A stretch of 64,000 nt of DNA from NCBI GenBank assembly GCA_963664295.1, contig OY760935.1:672001-736000 (forward strand), given 5' to 3'. The translations under genes were made by a program, and so were the position numbers. The stretch comes from Candidatus Altimarinota bacterium. GTDB lineage: Bacteria > Patescibacteriota > Gracilibacteria > CAIRYL01 > GCA-016699755. The notes under the pieces were generated by a model that saw nothing but the letters and a program-made list of their open reading frames with translations, made no database searches and had not been told where the DNA came from. Below, one piece after another: positions 31,770 to 42,505 of this stretch; within the stretch, counting starts at the first letter, position 1; every line of letters begins with the position of its first letter.

Positions 31770-32468
31770 ATGATAGAAAAATTAACAGAAGTACAAGAGA
31801 CTGTTTTCTCGTCTTCAAGCGAATCAATAGGTCAAATAGTTTATCTTTGGCCAACTGTCCTAGCTGCAATTGGCGTTCTGGTTTTAGGCTGGCTTCTGTC
31901 ATATTTGGTAGGTAAATTTTTTGTTAAATTAGGCGAAAAAGCTCGTTTAAATTATGTTTTGGACAAAATTGGTTTTAGTAATTTATTAAAAAAAGCAAAA
32001 ATAAAATCTCCACCAAGCTTAGTTATTGGTCGTTTTTTTCAAGGTTGGATTATTACTGTTTTTCTTCTTGGTACTGCCAATATTCTTCAGCTTGATCCTG
32101 TTTCTGATTTCTTAACAAAAATTATTGATTTTTTACCTAATATTCTTGTTGCTCTATTGATTATGCTCTTTGCTTTTCGCATGGGCGATTTTGTTGGCGC
32201 AATTGTAAACAGTGTTCTTTCTGCAACCGGATCTCATGGTGCAAAAGTTTTATCTATGGTGATTAAAGGTATTTTAATTGCCTTTGGTGTCTTGGCTGCT
32301 TTGGTTGAGCTTAATATTGCTCCTGAGCTAATGCAAATTTTATTTACTGGTTTTATTTTTATGATTGGCTTGGCTGGCGGACTTGCTTTTGGGCTAGGCG
32401 GAAAAGATGTAGTAAGAGAATTTTTGGAGGATTTGCGTGATGAGAAAAAAAATAAGCAAAAAAAATAA
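31770..32468 (+). CDS. TM-helix-repeat membrane protein (CmpX/MscS-associated type)
   Basis: FLPNILVA repeat, LAFGLGGKD C-terminal motif. Confidence 0.8.
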   Translation: MIEKLTEVQETVFSSSSESIGQIVYLWPTVLAAIGVLVLGWLLSYLVGKFFVKLGEKARLNYVLDKIGFSNLLKKAKIKSPPSLVIGRFFQGWIITVFLLGTANILQLDPVSDFLTKIIDFLPNILVALLIMLFAFRMGDFVGAIVNSVLSATGSHGAKVLSMVIKGILIAFGVLAALVELNIAPELMQILFTGFIFMIGLAGGLAFGLGGKDVVREFLEDLRDEKKNKQKK

Positions 32469-32523
32469 TTTTCTTGCCAAAAAAAACATTAAATAGTAAG
32501 GTTAAAACCTTTTTTATTTTTGA

Positions 32524-32892
32524 ATGAACACGGAAATAGGCAAAAAAACAGTGACTGAAGCTGTTATTGGTGATGATTGTATTACCATGATAAACGATCC
32601 ACGCGGTACTGGTCCAAAAAAAGACTATTTTTTAAGCCCAGATACTATTGCTAAACACTGCCAAGACAGGCCTCTTACTTGTCCATCTTTGCGCTTTGTT
32701 CGTGGTGGTTGGCACTATTGCACCCTAGACCAACCTGGTTTTGCTACTAATAAAGACCACAGACCGCCTTTTGATTGCCCAATTTCAAAAGCACAAAAAA
32801 ATCTAGCTGATTCAATTTCTTTTGTAATAAGACCTATTCCTCAGATTGAAAATACTTCTTTAAGTTCTTCTCAATCCGAGCAAGTGAAGTAG
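32524..32892 (+). CDS. Hypothetical Cys-containing protein
   Basis: 122-aa frame fills the gap; upstream TTGCCA..TAAGGT; overlaps the purC 3' end by 59 nt. Confidence 0.5.
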   Translation: MNTEIGKKTVTEAVIGDDCITMINDPRGTGPKKDYFLSPDTIAKHCQDRPLTCPSLRFVRGGWHYCTLDQPGFATNKDHRPPFDCPISKAQKNLADSISFVIRPIPQIENTSLSSSQSEQVK

Positions 32893-33820
32893 GATTACCA
32901 AGAGCAGGCTCAAAATAACTACCTGTAATTGTTTCGTACGCATTGATATAGCGCCTGGAAAGCTCGATAATGAGATCATCAGGTGCTTTTGGTAATACTT
33001 TGTCATTGTATGGATCACAATTTTCTGTAAACCAAAGACGCAAAAATTCTTTATCAAAACTATCTGGCTCTTCTCCGTTAGCAAGGCGTTTTTCATAAGT
33101 ATCTGTAAGCCAGTAGCGTGAAGAATCAGGTGTCAAAACCTCGTCCACAAGCATGATATCGCCATCTTCATCTTCACCAAATTCAAACTTTGTATCAACA
33201 AGAATAAATCCATGTTTTTTTGCTATTTCCGAACCTCTTTTAAATACAGCCAAGGCATATTCAGTAATCTTTTGCCATTTTTCCGCAGAAACAAGACCTG
33301 TTTGAATTATTTCCTTTGGGGAAATTTGACGATCATGCTCATCTTCTTTTGTTGTTGGAGTAATAATTGGTTCATCAAATTTTTCATTCTTTTTCATACC
33401 TTCCGGCAATTGAACTCCGCAAAAATCTCGAACTCCATTATTATAATTAACCCAGGCTGATGTATCTGTGGAGCCTGTTAAATAGCCACGCACAACCACC
33501 TCAACAGGAAAAACTTCTGCTTTTTTTACAACCATAACATTGGGATCAGGCACACCAAGCATGTGATTTGGCACTATATCAGCAGTTTGACGAAACCAAA
33601 AAGCTGAAATTTGATTTAAAACTTGCCCTTTAAAAGGAACTGAAGCCAAAATACGATCAAAAGCACTTTGACGATCAGTAGTTATTAAAATTCTCTTCCC
33701 GTTTATTTCAAAAGTATCACGCACTTTTCCTTTGTGAATTCTTTTTGCATCAAGCAAAAGTTCAACTTGAGTAAGCGTATCAGAAAGATGGTTTTTGATA
33801 AATTCTTCTGGAGGAGGCAT
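32834..33820 (-). CDS. purC: SAICAR synthase
   Basis: GKVRD, TDRQSAFD, PVEVVVRGYLTGS, ILVDTKFEFG, DEVLTPDSSRYW. Confidence 0.97.
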   Translation of the reverse strand: MPPPEEFIKNHLSDTLTQVELLLDAKRIHKGKVRDTFEINGKRILITTDRQSAFDRILASVPFKGQVLNQISAFWFRQTADIVPNHMLGVPDPNVMVVKKAEVFPVEVVVRGYLTGSTDTSAWVNYNNGVRDFCGVQLPEGMKKNEKFDEPIITPTTKEDEHDRQISPKEIIQTGLVSAEKWQKITEYALAVFKRGSEIAKKHGFILVDTKFEFGEDEDGDIMLVDEVLTPDSSRYWLTDTYEKRLANGEEPDSFDKEFLRLWFTENCDPYNDKVLPKAPDDLIIELSRRYINAYETITGSYFEPALGNPTSLARIEKNLKKYFQSEE

Positions 33821-33880
33821 GTTTTTTGTAAAAAAGTAGCGAAAAAATTATGACATTTTAAAGCTAAAAAGCAAATATTT

Positions 33881-34546
33881 TTAATTCATCCCTGATAGCA
33901 AATCTTTTATAGCCTCATCAGGTGTGTTGGATTTGGTAATACCACTGGCAACCAAAACGCCCATTGCGCCAAGCTCAATAGAAATTCGCACATCTTCGCC
34001 ATTTTTTATGCCAGCTCCTACTAAAACTTTACCTGCACCAATTTTTTCAACTGATTCTTTGATAAGTTCTGGCTGAGCAGTAGAAACAGAAATATCCCCA
34101 CCAATTAGCTCTGGTGGCTCTACTGCTATTAAATCTGGTGAAAAATTTTGCATTATTTCTGCACCTTCGTCTGCGGTTTCTGCGCAACAAACAACAAAAA
34201 GACCAATTTCTTTTGCCCTAATAATTGCTTTTCCTAATGTTTCCATATCTGAAAATCTATTTTCAGAATGATTTAAGATTGTGCCATAAGCGCCAGTATT
34301 TTTTACAGTTTCTGGTAATACTTTACCTGTATATGAACCATAAGTTATTCCGTCTATATGTTGAGCAAAAACAGGAATACTTGTGTTTTTTACTGTTGCA
34401 CTCAAATCAGCTGTTTGCACAGCAACGGCAATGCTCATGTCAGTTTCATTTGCTATTTCTTCGTGTATTTTTGCCATTTTTAAGGCATTTTCACCAATTG
34501 AACTTTCTGTGGCTTTAAAGTTTGTAAGTAATACTGGTAATTTCAT
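33881..34546 (-). CDS. tpiA: Triosephosphate isomerase, short archaeal type
   Basis: NFK, AQH.D, NHSE, AVEPPELIG, GAGI, GVLVASG; 221 aa. Confidence 0.93.
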   Translation of the reverse strand: MKLPVLLTNFKATESSIGENALKMAKIHEEIANETDMSIAVAVQTADLSATVKNTSIPVFAQHIDGITYGSYTGKVLPETVKNTGAYGTILNHSENRFSDMETLGKAIIRAKEIGLFVVCCAETADEGAEIMQNFSPDLIAVEPPELIGGDISVSTAQPELIKESVEKIGAGKVLVGAGIKNGEDVRISIELGAMGVLVASGITKSNTPDEAIKDLLSGMN

Positions 34547-34607
34547 TTTTATTATTTAAACATCAAAAAACATTCTCTCAAAACCTGGGTTTTATCTCAA
34601 GTTTAAT

Positions 34608-35249
34608 TTATAAATCAGCTTCTTCTTTGCCTAAAAATTTAGGATTATGCGGAAATACATACACCTCATATACAGTGACAATTTTACCCAACACTTCACG
34701 CACATTTTGCCTAAGCCAATATAAATAAATGTGTTTATCTGCAATTACTCCTGCTGAATCAATGCCAAAACTCTCACAAATAAAAATACAACGAGGCAAA
34801 TGAAACTTTTGACTAACTAATAAGGCTGAGTCCACCCCAAAAATTTTTTTTGCACGAGCACAAGTATCATAAGTGCGAAAACCCGCATAATCTAGATAAA
34901 TATCCTCCTCTGGAACCCCAAGTTCTACTGCATAATTTTTCATTACTATTGGCTCATTGTAGTTAACAAGTGAGTTATCACCACTCATTAAAATTTTTTC
35001 CACTTTTCCGTCCTTATAAAGATCTACTGCGGTTTGAACACGGTCTGCAGTCACATCAGAAGGCGTGTATTTGCCAAAAACCGCAGCACCAAAAACAATA
35101 GCTACTGGCTTTTCTGGTGCTTCTGTGCGGGTGTAAATTTTATTGTGCGTTTTTAAAAAAATAATCAACAAAGGCAAAACAGCCATTAAAATACAAATAA
35201 TAATAAAAATTATAATTTTTTTCTGATGTCTCTTTAAAAATCTAAGCAT
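34608..35249 (-). CDS. SanA/YdcF (DUF218) family protein
   Basis: AIVFGA, DR...A..LY, SGDN....YNEP..M, DYAGFRTYD, Q.FHLPR. Confidence 0.9.
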   Translation of the reverse strand: MLRFLKRHQKKIIIFIIICILMAVLPLLIIFLKTHNKIYTRTEAPEKPVAIVFGAAVFGKYTPSDVTADRVQTAVDLYKDGKVEKILMSGDNSLVNYNEPIVMKNYAVELGVPEEDIYLDYAGFRTYDTCARAKKIFGVDSALLVSQKFHLPRCIFICESFGIDSAGVIADKHIYLYWLRQNVREVLGKIVTVYEVYVFPHNPKFLGKEEADL

Positions 35250-36279
35250 AAATTATGTTTAAAAATTCTTTTACTGCCTCTTTTTCCGGCACAGTTTTTA
35301 TCAATTTGCCTTGTTTATAAATTGCATAAACATTTTTACCTGCAATAAGGGCAAAATCCGCATGTTTTGCCTCACCAGGACCATTAACCACACAGCCCAT
35401 TACTGCAATAGTTAAACCAGCTGGCAAATCTTGAGTTTTTTTATAAACCTCATGGGCAACTTTGCGGTGATCAGTCTCGTTTCTGCCACAAGCTGGGCAA
35501 GAAATAAAATTACGATTGTGTTTTGCAAGCTCCAAATCCTGCAAAATTTGGTAAGCAAGTTCAACTTCTTTCACTGGATCTTCTGTTAAGGAAATGCGAA
35601 TTGTGTCACCAATTCCCTCAGAAAGCAAAGCACCAAGGGCAATTCCGCTTTTTATTGACCCATTCTCAAAAATCCCTGACTCAGTAAGGCCAATATGAAT
35701 TGGATAATCTGTATTTTCACTTAATAATCTATTGGTTTCGATTGTTGTTTTAACTGAGCTGGATTTAATTGAAACACAAATATCAAAAAAACCTTCTTTT
35801 TCAAGAATACTAGCATGACTTAAGGCACTTTTTACTAAATTTTCCGGACTTGGTGATTTATATTTTGTTTCCAAAGAGCCCGCATTAACCCCAATTCGTA
35901 TTGGTATTTTTGCTTTTTTACAAGCAGAAACAAGCTCGTGTAAATATTCTTTACGATTTATATTTCCTGGATTAAAGCGAATTTTGCTAGCTCCATTTTT
36001 TATGCATGCAAGCGCAAGCTCATGATCAAAATGAATATCAGCAACCAAAGGCAATGGTGATTTTTTAGCAATTTCTCCAAAACTTTCACTAGCAGTAATA
36101 TCAGGAATAGCAAGACGCACAATCTGACATTTTATTTGGTGCAATTTTTTTATCTGAACAAGGGTTTTTTTGCTATCTCTGGTGTCTGTTTTGCACATAG
36201 ATTGCACAACAATAGGCGCATTTCCACCAATGATCACTCCGCCAACATTAATTTTTCTAGTGTTTTTTCTTTTAAACAA
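35242..36279 (-). CDS. ispG: HMBPP synthase IspG (MEP pathway)
   Basis: VQSM, ADIHF, RIGVNAGSL, GIGDTIRISL, CPACGR, MGCVVNGPGE. Confidence 0.97.
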   Translation of the reverse strand: MFKRKNTRKINVGGVIIGGNAPIVVQSMCKTDTRDSKKTLVQIKKLHQIKCQIVRLAIPDITASESFGEIAKKSPLPLVADIHFDHELALACIKNGASKIRFNPGNINRKEYLHELVSACKKAKIPIRIGVNAGSLETKYKSPSPENLVKSALSHASILEKEGFFDICVSIKSSSVKTTIETNRLLSENTDYPIHIGLTESGIFENGSIKSGIALGALLSEGIGDTIRISLTEDPVKEVELAYQILQDLELAKHNRNFISCPACGRNETDHRKVAHEVYKKTQDLPAGLTIAVMGCVVNGPGEAKHADFALIAGKNVYAIYKQGKLIKTVPEKEAVKEFLNIIYA

Positions 36280-36313
36280 TTTTTACAAAAATAAGGTATT
36301 ATGATTTTACTTT

Positions 36314-37516
36314 ATGAAAGTTCAAATTAAAACCCTTGGCTGTAAAATGAATTTTGTAGATTCAGAGCGAATTGCAAAAGAGCTTAGCACTATGGGCTTT
36401 GAAATATCTGAAAAAAATCCTGATTTAATTATAGTAAACACCTGCACAGTCACAGATAATGCAGACAAAAAATCTCTTTCTTTTGCAAAATCTGCACTAA
36501 AAAAAGGAAAAAAAGTAATTATTACTGGCTGTTCTGTAAAAATAGAAAAAGAAAAAATAGCTCAAAATTTGCCCAAAGCTTTAATTTTTGATAACAAAGA
36601 ACAAATTATTGAATATCTTAAAGAACTAAAAGAAAAAAAATCTTCATCTAAATCTAATATTTTTGAATCCCCTCGCACACGCGCTTTTGTAGAAATTCAA
36701 ACTGGCTGTGATACTTATTGTAGCTATTGCATTGTGCCTTTTACTCGTGGACCTAGTGTAAATCGAGATGAAAAAGAAATAATTCAAGAAATTAAGGAAT
36801 TGGAAGAAAAAAATTACAAAGAAATTGTTTTAACAGGAATAAATCTTGCTTCTTGGGGTGCATCAAACACAAACAAGCCAGAAGAAAGTCGCTTTAGCTA
36901 CTTACTTGAACAAATTTTAAAAAAAACTAATATTCCTCGTATCCGTATTTCCTCTGTGGGTGCAAAATTTTTAGATAATTATTTTTTTGATCTATTTTCT
37001 GATCCAAGAATATGTGATCATCTACACATTTCTGTTCAATCGGGGTCTGACCAAATCCTCGCAAAAATGAATAGAGGGCATGGCACAAAAGAAATTATTT
37101 CTGTGGCAGAACGGGCAAAAAAAGTACGCCCAAATGTGGCTTTGACTTCGGATTTTATTGTTGGTTTTCCTGGCGAAACTGAAAAATATTTTTTAGAAAG
37201 CGAGAATCTAGCTCATCAAATGGGCTTAGCAAAAATGCATGTTTTTCCTTTTTCTGTGCGGTCAGGAACTGTTGCAGAAAAAATGCCTGAACAAATTTCC
37301 ACTCAAATTAAAAAAGAACGTGCTGACTATTTAAAAAAAGTTGGCGATAAACTAAGAAAAAAATTTATTGCTAATAATTTAGGCTCAAATCGCACTGTGC
37401 TTTTTGAAAATGACGGCCTGGGTTGGACAAAAAACTACATTAAAACAAAAAAACTAGGTGCAGAAGAAAATGAAATAATTAAAATTAAGCTTAGTGATGA
37501 TAATATTGTGTTTTAA
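36314..37516 (+). CDS. mtaB: tRNA methylthiotransferase, MiaB-like (MtaB type)
   Basis: TLGCKMN, NTCTVT, GCDTYCSYC radical SAM motif, IVGFPGET, HVFPFS.R.GT.A. Confidence 0.85.
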   Translation: MKVQIKTLGCKMNFVDSERIAKELSTMGFEISEKNPDLIIVNTCTVTDNADKKSLSFAKSALKKGKKVIITGCSVKIEKEKIAQNLPKALIFDNKEQIIEYLKELKEKKSSSKSNIFESPRTRAFVEIQTGCDTYCSYCIVPFTRGPSVNRDEKEIIQEIKELEEKNYKEIVLTGINLASWGASNTNKPEESRFSYLLEQILKKTNIPRIRISSVGAKFLDNYFFDLFSDPRICDHLHISVQSGSDQILAKMNRGHGTKEIISVAERAKKVRPNVALTSDFIVGFPGETEKYFLESENLAHQMGLAKMHVFPFSVRSGTVAEKMPEQISTQIKKERADYLKKVGDKLRKKFIANNLGSNRTVLFENDGLGWTKNYIKTKKLGAEENEIIKIKLSDDNIVF

Positions 37517-37583
37517 TGCTCTATTTTATAAGTTGCAACTTAGGTGCTATCCCTCTAAAATTCACCCTGACTTCTCTTCGTTT

Positions 37584-38520
37584 TGTCATTGCGGACATCT
37601 TGGGCTCTTTTTGGATTGTCATTGCGGACTTTTTGGGTTGTCATTGCAGGCTTGATCCGCAATCTCCTTATCCATTCGTGCAAGTCCTGCCAGGTAATTC
37701 AACAGTAATGACAACGGGAGATCCTTCGCTTCGCCTAAAGGCTCGCTCAGGATGACAGAAAAAGGGGCAAGAGGTGTCATTGTGAGCGAAAAACACCACC
37801 TTGCTGTCATTCTGAGCGTAATGAAATGGAGCGAAGAATCTCCTTGAACATGCGCTCAAAATCTATCTCGGTTATTACAACAGTAATGACAACGGGAGAT
37901 CCTTCGCTTCGCCTAAAGGCTCGCTCAGGATGACAGAAAAAGGGGCAAGAGGTGTCATTGTGAGCGAAAAACACCACCTTGCTGTCATTCTGAGCGTAAT
38001 GAAATGGAGCGAAGAATCTCCTTGAACATGCGCTCAAAATCTATCTCGGTTATTACAACAGTAATGACAACGGGAGATCCTTCGCTTCGCCTAAAGGCTC
38101 GCTCAGGATGACAGAAAAAGGGGCAAGAGGTGTCATTGTGAGCGAAAAACACCACCTTACTGTCATTCTGAGCGTAATGAAATGGAGCGAAGAATCTCCT
38201 TGAACATGCGCTCAAAATCTATCTCGGTTATTACAACAGTAATGACAACAGGAGATCCTTCGCTTCGCCTAAAGGCTCGCTCAGGATGACAGAGTAAGTA
38301 AGAGAGAGGGAGAATGACAGAAAAAAGGAGAGGTCAAGATAACAGAGTAAAGGGGATCAAGACAACAAAGAAAAGGAGGCAAGATGACAAAAAAGCACTT
38401 AAGACAAAAAAATAGCCTGCTTCGTCATCCGCCTAAGCAAATCCCTTGCAATAACAAAAAAATAAAAACAATTAAAAAAAATTCATTGCCCCAGATAAAG
38501 CCAAATAATCAACACTAAAA
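37584..38520. repeat. GTCATT-tagged REP/REPIN-like composite element (locus 2), containing a tandem array and a ~290-bp tail shared with locus 3
   Basis: Short TGTCATTGCGG units, inverted REP pair, right-hand ..ATGACA units; 38235-38520 nearly identical to 43327-43637. Confidence 0.9.
37701..38293. repeat. Tandem array of a 178-bp unit, about 3.3 copies
   Basis: AACAGTAATGACAAC recurs at 37701, 37879, 38057 and 38235; only two single-base differences seen. Confidence 0.97.
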
Positions 38521-38521
38521 A

Positions 38522-38557
38522 TGTATTACTGTACCAGTACACTAATACAGTAATACA
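38522..38557. repeat. Second copy of the TGTATTACTGTA...TACAGTAATACA palindrome (12-nt loop)
   Basis: Same arms and AAAATAAAAT flank as 18459-18486, with an 8-nt CCAGTACA insertion. Confidence 0.9.
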
Positions 38558-38571
38558 AAAATAAAATTAAT

Positions 38572-39252
38572 TTACTTAATCTTCACAATCAAAAACTCAT
38601 ACTCACCACCAGGAGCAGAAACTTGAATTGTCTCCCCTTTCTTTTTACCTAAAAGTGTTTTACCAATTGGAGACTCATTAGAAATACGGGCAGAAAACGG
38701 ATCAGCTTCAGTAGAACCAACAATAGTGTATTCTTCTGGATCTTCATTTTTAGTAAGATTTTGAATTACTACTGTTGTTCCAATACGAATTAAAGCTGTT
38801 TTGTGAGCTGTTTTCTCGTCAATAATCTGCACATTCTTAATCATTTTTTTAAGCTCTGCAATACGCCCCTCACAAAAAGCTTGTTCATTTTTTGCCTCTT
38901 CATATTCTGCATTTTCTGAAAGATCACCATAAGAAATAGCTTCTTGCAAACGCTGAGCAACTTCATCTCTTTTAGTTTCTTCTAAATATTTCAATTCATC
39001 TTTTAACTTTTGCAAACCATCTTCTGTTAACAATACTTTATCTTTTTCAGAGACAGGTGTGTTTAATATGTCCTCAGTGTTTACTTTTGGAGCTTTTTTA
39101 GCTGGTTTTTCTGCTTTTTTTACTATTTTTTTAGCTGGTTTAACAACTTTTTCAGATTTTTTAACTACTTTTTTAGGAGCAGTTTTTTTAACTTTTTTAT
39201 CTTCAACTTTCTTTTTTGTTGTCTTCTTGATCTTCTCTTCTTTTTTTGCCAT
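38572..39252 (-). CDS. greA: Transcription elongation factor GreA with Lys-rich N-terminal extension
   Basis: LT..GL.KL..EL, GDLSENAEY, IVGSTEADP...ISNESP.G. Confidence 0.95.
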   Translation of the reverse strand: MAKKEEKIKKTTKKKVEDKKVKKTAPKKVVKKSEKVVKPAKKIVKKAEKPAKKAPKVNTEDILNTPVSEKDKVLLTEDGLQKLKDELKYLEETKRDEVAQRLQEAISYGDLSENAEYEEAKNEQAFCEGRIAELKKMIKNVQIIDEKTAHKTALIRIGTTVVIQNLTKNEDPEEYTIVGSTEADPFSARISNESPIGKTLLGKKKGETIQVSAPGGEYEFLIVKIK

Positions 39253-39282
39253 TTTTTTAAAAAATAAAAGTTTTAAAATTAA

Positions 39283-40659
39283 CTATTTTTTGCCTTTTTC
39301 GTCTTCATCACCAACAAAAAGGTCTTTAAAAGAAACATTTTTCTTTACTCTCCTTGGTAAACTTTTTTCATCATGATTTGGCTCTCTTATGCGAACAGAA
39401 GCTGGATGTTCTCTTAATTTTTGCATTACTTTTGCTTCAATCTGACGAATACGCTCGCGAGTGACTCCGAATTCTTTTCCAACCTCTTCTAATGTGTGTC
39501 CAACGCCATCAATAAGCCCAAAACGCATTTCAATAATTTTGCGTTCACGCGGATTTAAAAAGCGTAATAAAGAGCGAATATTTTCTTTGATAAGTTGGCG
39601 ATTAGTTGAATCAGATGGAGAAATAGCCTCTTCATCTTCAATGAAATCAGCTAATTTTGAGTCTTCTTCAGAGCCAACTGGTGCTTCTAATGAAACTATA
39701 TCTTGTGAAATTTTTAATATATGGCGAACTTTTTTTTCTGGTAATTGCATTTCTGAGGCAATTTCTTCTACTGTAGGGTCGCGACCAAGTTCTTGCATTA
39801 ACCTTCTTTGGGTATGTGTGAGCTTATTGATTGTTTCCACCATGTGCACAGGTATGCGAATAGTACGAGCTTGATCAGCAATAGCTCTAGTAATTGCCTG
39901 ACGAATCCACCAGGTAGCATAAGTTGAAAATTTAAAACCTCGATTTGGGTCAAATTTCTCAACTGCTCTAAATAAACCAATATTTCCTTCTTGAATTAAA
40001 TCAAGAAAAGAAAGTCCTCTACCGATATACTTTTTAGCAATAGAAACCACTAACCTAAGGTTTGCTTCTGCTAAATGTTGTTTTGCTTTTGCATCTCCTT
40101 TGGCTATTCTTTTTGCTAAACGAATTTCTTCGTCAGCAGAAAGAAGCTCTGTGCGACCTATTTCTGATAAATACATTCTTACTGAGTCATTAGAAATCTC
40201 AGAAAGGTCCATTCCTCCTTTAATTACTTTATTAGGGTCTACCTCTTCTTCATCGTCATCCAATAACTCTTCTTTGGCTAAATCTACATCATCTGCATCG
40301 TCAATATCATCTAAATCAGCCTCTTTATTTTTTGCGTCTTGCTTTTCAATCATTTTTAAAAGAGGGTCTTTCTTTTTCTTTTTCTTTTTGCCGTCCTTTT
40401 CGGTTTCCTCATCTTTCTTTTGCTCCCAAATCAAAGCATCTTTTACATCAATAACCTCTACTCCAATATTCATAAACAGAGTAAAAGCCTCGTCTAATAA
40501 AATTACATTTTTTTCAGCCTCTGGAAAGGCTTTCATGAGTTCTTGTTGAGTTATGAAACCTTGCTCACGACCCTTTTTTACAAGTTTGCGTACAGCCTCT
40601 GGGAATTTTTCCAGTTCCTCTTTGCTGGGCTGCCTGATAAAAACTTTACTTTTAGCCAT
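39283..40659 (-). CDS. rpoD: Primary sigma factor RpoD
   Basis: [52 protein letters not shown]. Confidence 0.98.
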   Translation of the reverse strand: MAKSKVFIRQPSKEELEKFPEAVRKLVKKGREQGFITQQELMKAFPEAEKNVILLDEAFTLFMNIGVEVIDVKDALIWEQKKDEETEKDGKKKKKKKDPLLKMIEKQDAKNKEADLDDIDDADDVDLAKEELLDDDEEEVDPNKVIKGGMDLSEISNDSVRMYLSEIGRTELLSADEEIRLAKRIAKGDAKAKQHLAEANLRLVVSIAKKYIGRGLSFLDLIQEGNIGLFRAVEKFDPNRGFKFSTYATWWIRQAITRAIADQARTIRIPVHMVETINKLTHTQRRLMQELGRDPTVEEIASEMQLPEKKVRHILKISQDIVSLEAPVGSEEDSKLADFIEDEEAISPSDSTNRQLIKENIRSLLRFLNPRERKIIEMRFGLIDGVGHTLEEVGKEFGVTRERIRQIEAKVMQKLREHPASVRIREPNHDEKSLPRRVKKNVSFKDLFVGDEDEKGKK

Positions 40660-42399
40660 TTAGAAATTTTTTTTTAAAGCTAGTAATTGGTTGATCTGCA
40701 TATATATTTCTTTTGCTTTTGTATTATCTTCTGTGCAGTCTTTTAGTTGCTCAATGAGCTCTTTTTGCTTATATATAAAATTTAAATTATTTATCTGTGC
40801 TATGAGTTTTTTTAATTCTTTTTTACGCAAGCTTTCTGGAATATGCTCTGTTTTCTCTTCTGCATAAAGGGCAATTAATTCCCACTTTTTGGCTTCATCA
40901 TCAGACAAAACTTCTTTGGGAGTGCAAAAACCCGTGTTATTATAGTGATTTTTTAGCTTTTTGAAAATAGTTTTTTCCTCCCCATCAGGAAAAAGACTCT
41001 CCACAAGAGATTTATCTACTTCTTCAAAAAATTCAGGAAAAGCTACCAGAAGCCCTATAAAATACTCTAACTGGGAATATTTTTGATTATTTATTGGTTT
41101 TTGAGAGCTTTTTTCTTCTTGAGGAGCAAAGGTGTTGTTTTTTTTATAATCTGCAAATTCAATCTTGAGCGAGTCTTCACTTGTGCCTAGTTTTTCAGAT
41201 AATATTTTTAGATAGTGTTCTTTTTCTATTTCTCCAGGAAATTTGCTTAATAAAGGAAAAACATCTTCCAAAATTGCCCTTTTATCTTCTATTTTGCTTG
41301 TGTCTTTGTCTTTTAAGGCTATGTCTATTAAAAAATCCATTGCTTTTTGACGATTTTCTACTCTTTGCTTAAATTCTTCAGGGTTTTCCTGTAAGCAATC
41401 ATCAGGATCTTTGCCTTCTGGCAAAGGTACAACAAAAACATTAGCACCAGCAAAAATAGCAATTTCTATTGCTCTTTTGGTCGCAACAATGCCAGCAAGA
41501 TCAGAATCAAGGGCAAAAACTATGTTTTTTGATGATTTTGTAATTTGCTTGGCATGAGAAAGTGAAAAAGCCGTACCACTAGCAGCAACAACATTTTGCA
41601 AGCCATGATCAGCACAAGCCAAACAGTCAAATTGCCCCTCTACAACAAGACAAAAGTCCTCTTTGCGAATTGTTTCACGAGCAAAATTAAGCCCAAAAAG
41701 AATTTCTGATTTTTTGAACAATGCTGTTTCCGGGGAATTTAAAAATTTTGGCTTACTATTGCCAAAAATCCTACCTGAATAACCCAAAACTGCGTTGGCA
41801 TTGGAAAAAAACGGAAACATTATACGACTACGAAATTTATCTTTAGTTTTTATGGCTTTTTTGTCTTCTACTGTGCTCAAACCAACATCAATAAGCTCTT
41901 TATGGGAAAATCCTTTTTCTATAAGATATTTTTCCATTTCTTTATCCCCTTTCCAAGCAAAACCAACCCTGTATTTTTTAAGAGTTTTTTCAGATATTTT
42001 GCGCTTTGCGACTTCTTCTTGGGCATTTTTATTGTTCCAAAAATTATGTTCGTATTTTTTAGTGGCAATTTCTAATAATTCTATTAAACGATCTCTTTTT
42101 TCTTTTTTCTCTGGAGAATACTCTGGCAAACGCACATTAGCTTTTTCTGCTAACAATCTTAATGCTTCAGGAAAACTAATATTTTCAATTTGCTGAACAA
42201 AAGCAAAAATATCCCCACCAGAATTACAAGCAAAACACCAGGCCATACCACGATCGTTGCTAACCACGAGTGAGGGATGAGTGTCTTTATGAAACGGGCA
42301 AAGTCCTTTGAAATTTTTGCCTGCTGGCTTGAGCTGAACATAGCTGGAAACTACGTCCACAATACTAAGCCTATTTCTAATTTCTTCTTTTGGATCCAT
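40660..42399 (-). CDS. dnaG: DNA primase
   Basis: CPFH..CFAC zinc finger, KFLNSPET, VEGQFD, DSD.AG TOPRIM; upstream of rpoD. Confidence 0.97.
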   Translation of the reverse strand: MDPKEEIRNRLSIVDVVSSYVQLKPAGKNFKGLCPFHKDTHPSLVVSNDRGMAWCFACNSGGDIFAFVQQIENISFPEALRLLAEKANVRLPEYSPEKKEKRDRLIELLEIATKKYEHNFWNNKNAQEEVAKRKISEKTLKKYRVGFAWKGDKEMEKYLIEKGFSHKELIDVGLSTVEDKKAIKTKDKFRSRIMFPFFSNANAVLGYSGRIFGNSKPKFLNSPETALFKKSEILFGLNFARETIRKEDFCLVVEGQFDCLACADHGLQNVVAASGTAFSLSHAKQITKSSKNIVFALDSDLAGIVATKRAIEIAIFAGANVFVVPLPEGKDPDDCLQENPEEFKQRVENRQKAMDFLIDIALKDKDTSKIEDKRAILEDVFPLLSKFPGEIEKEHYLKILSEKLGTSEDSLKIEFADYKKNNTFAPQEEKSSQKPINNQKYSQLEYFIGLLVAFPEFFEEVDKSLVESLFPDGEEKTIFKKLKNHYNNTGFCTPKEVLSDDEAKKWELIALYAEEKTEHIPESLRKKELKKLIAQINNLNFIYKQKELIEQLKDCTEDNTKAKEIYMQINQLLALKKNF

Positions 42400-42505
42400 G
42401 TTTTGTTGGCTTTTTATTTTTGCATAAGTTTGGCGCTTTTAGCAAAGAGAAAGTTAATTTTTTTAAAAATACTCTTGACGAATTAATTTTTTATTTTATT
42501 TTAAT

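Noticed and set aside
37516-38215. Short ORFs (63-79 aa) inside the repeat region, and similar ones at 59297-59715
   Set aside because: They are translations of the palindromic repeat with identical duplicated peptides; no coding signal.
37701-38293. CRISPR array
   Set aside because: The whole 178-bp unit repeats, there are no unique spacers, and there are no cas genes in the window.
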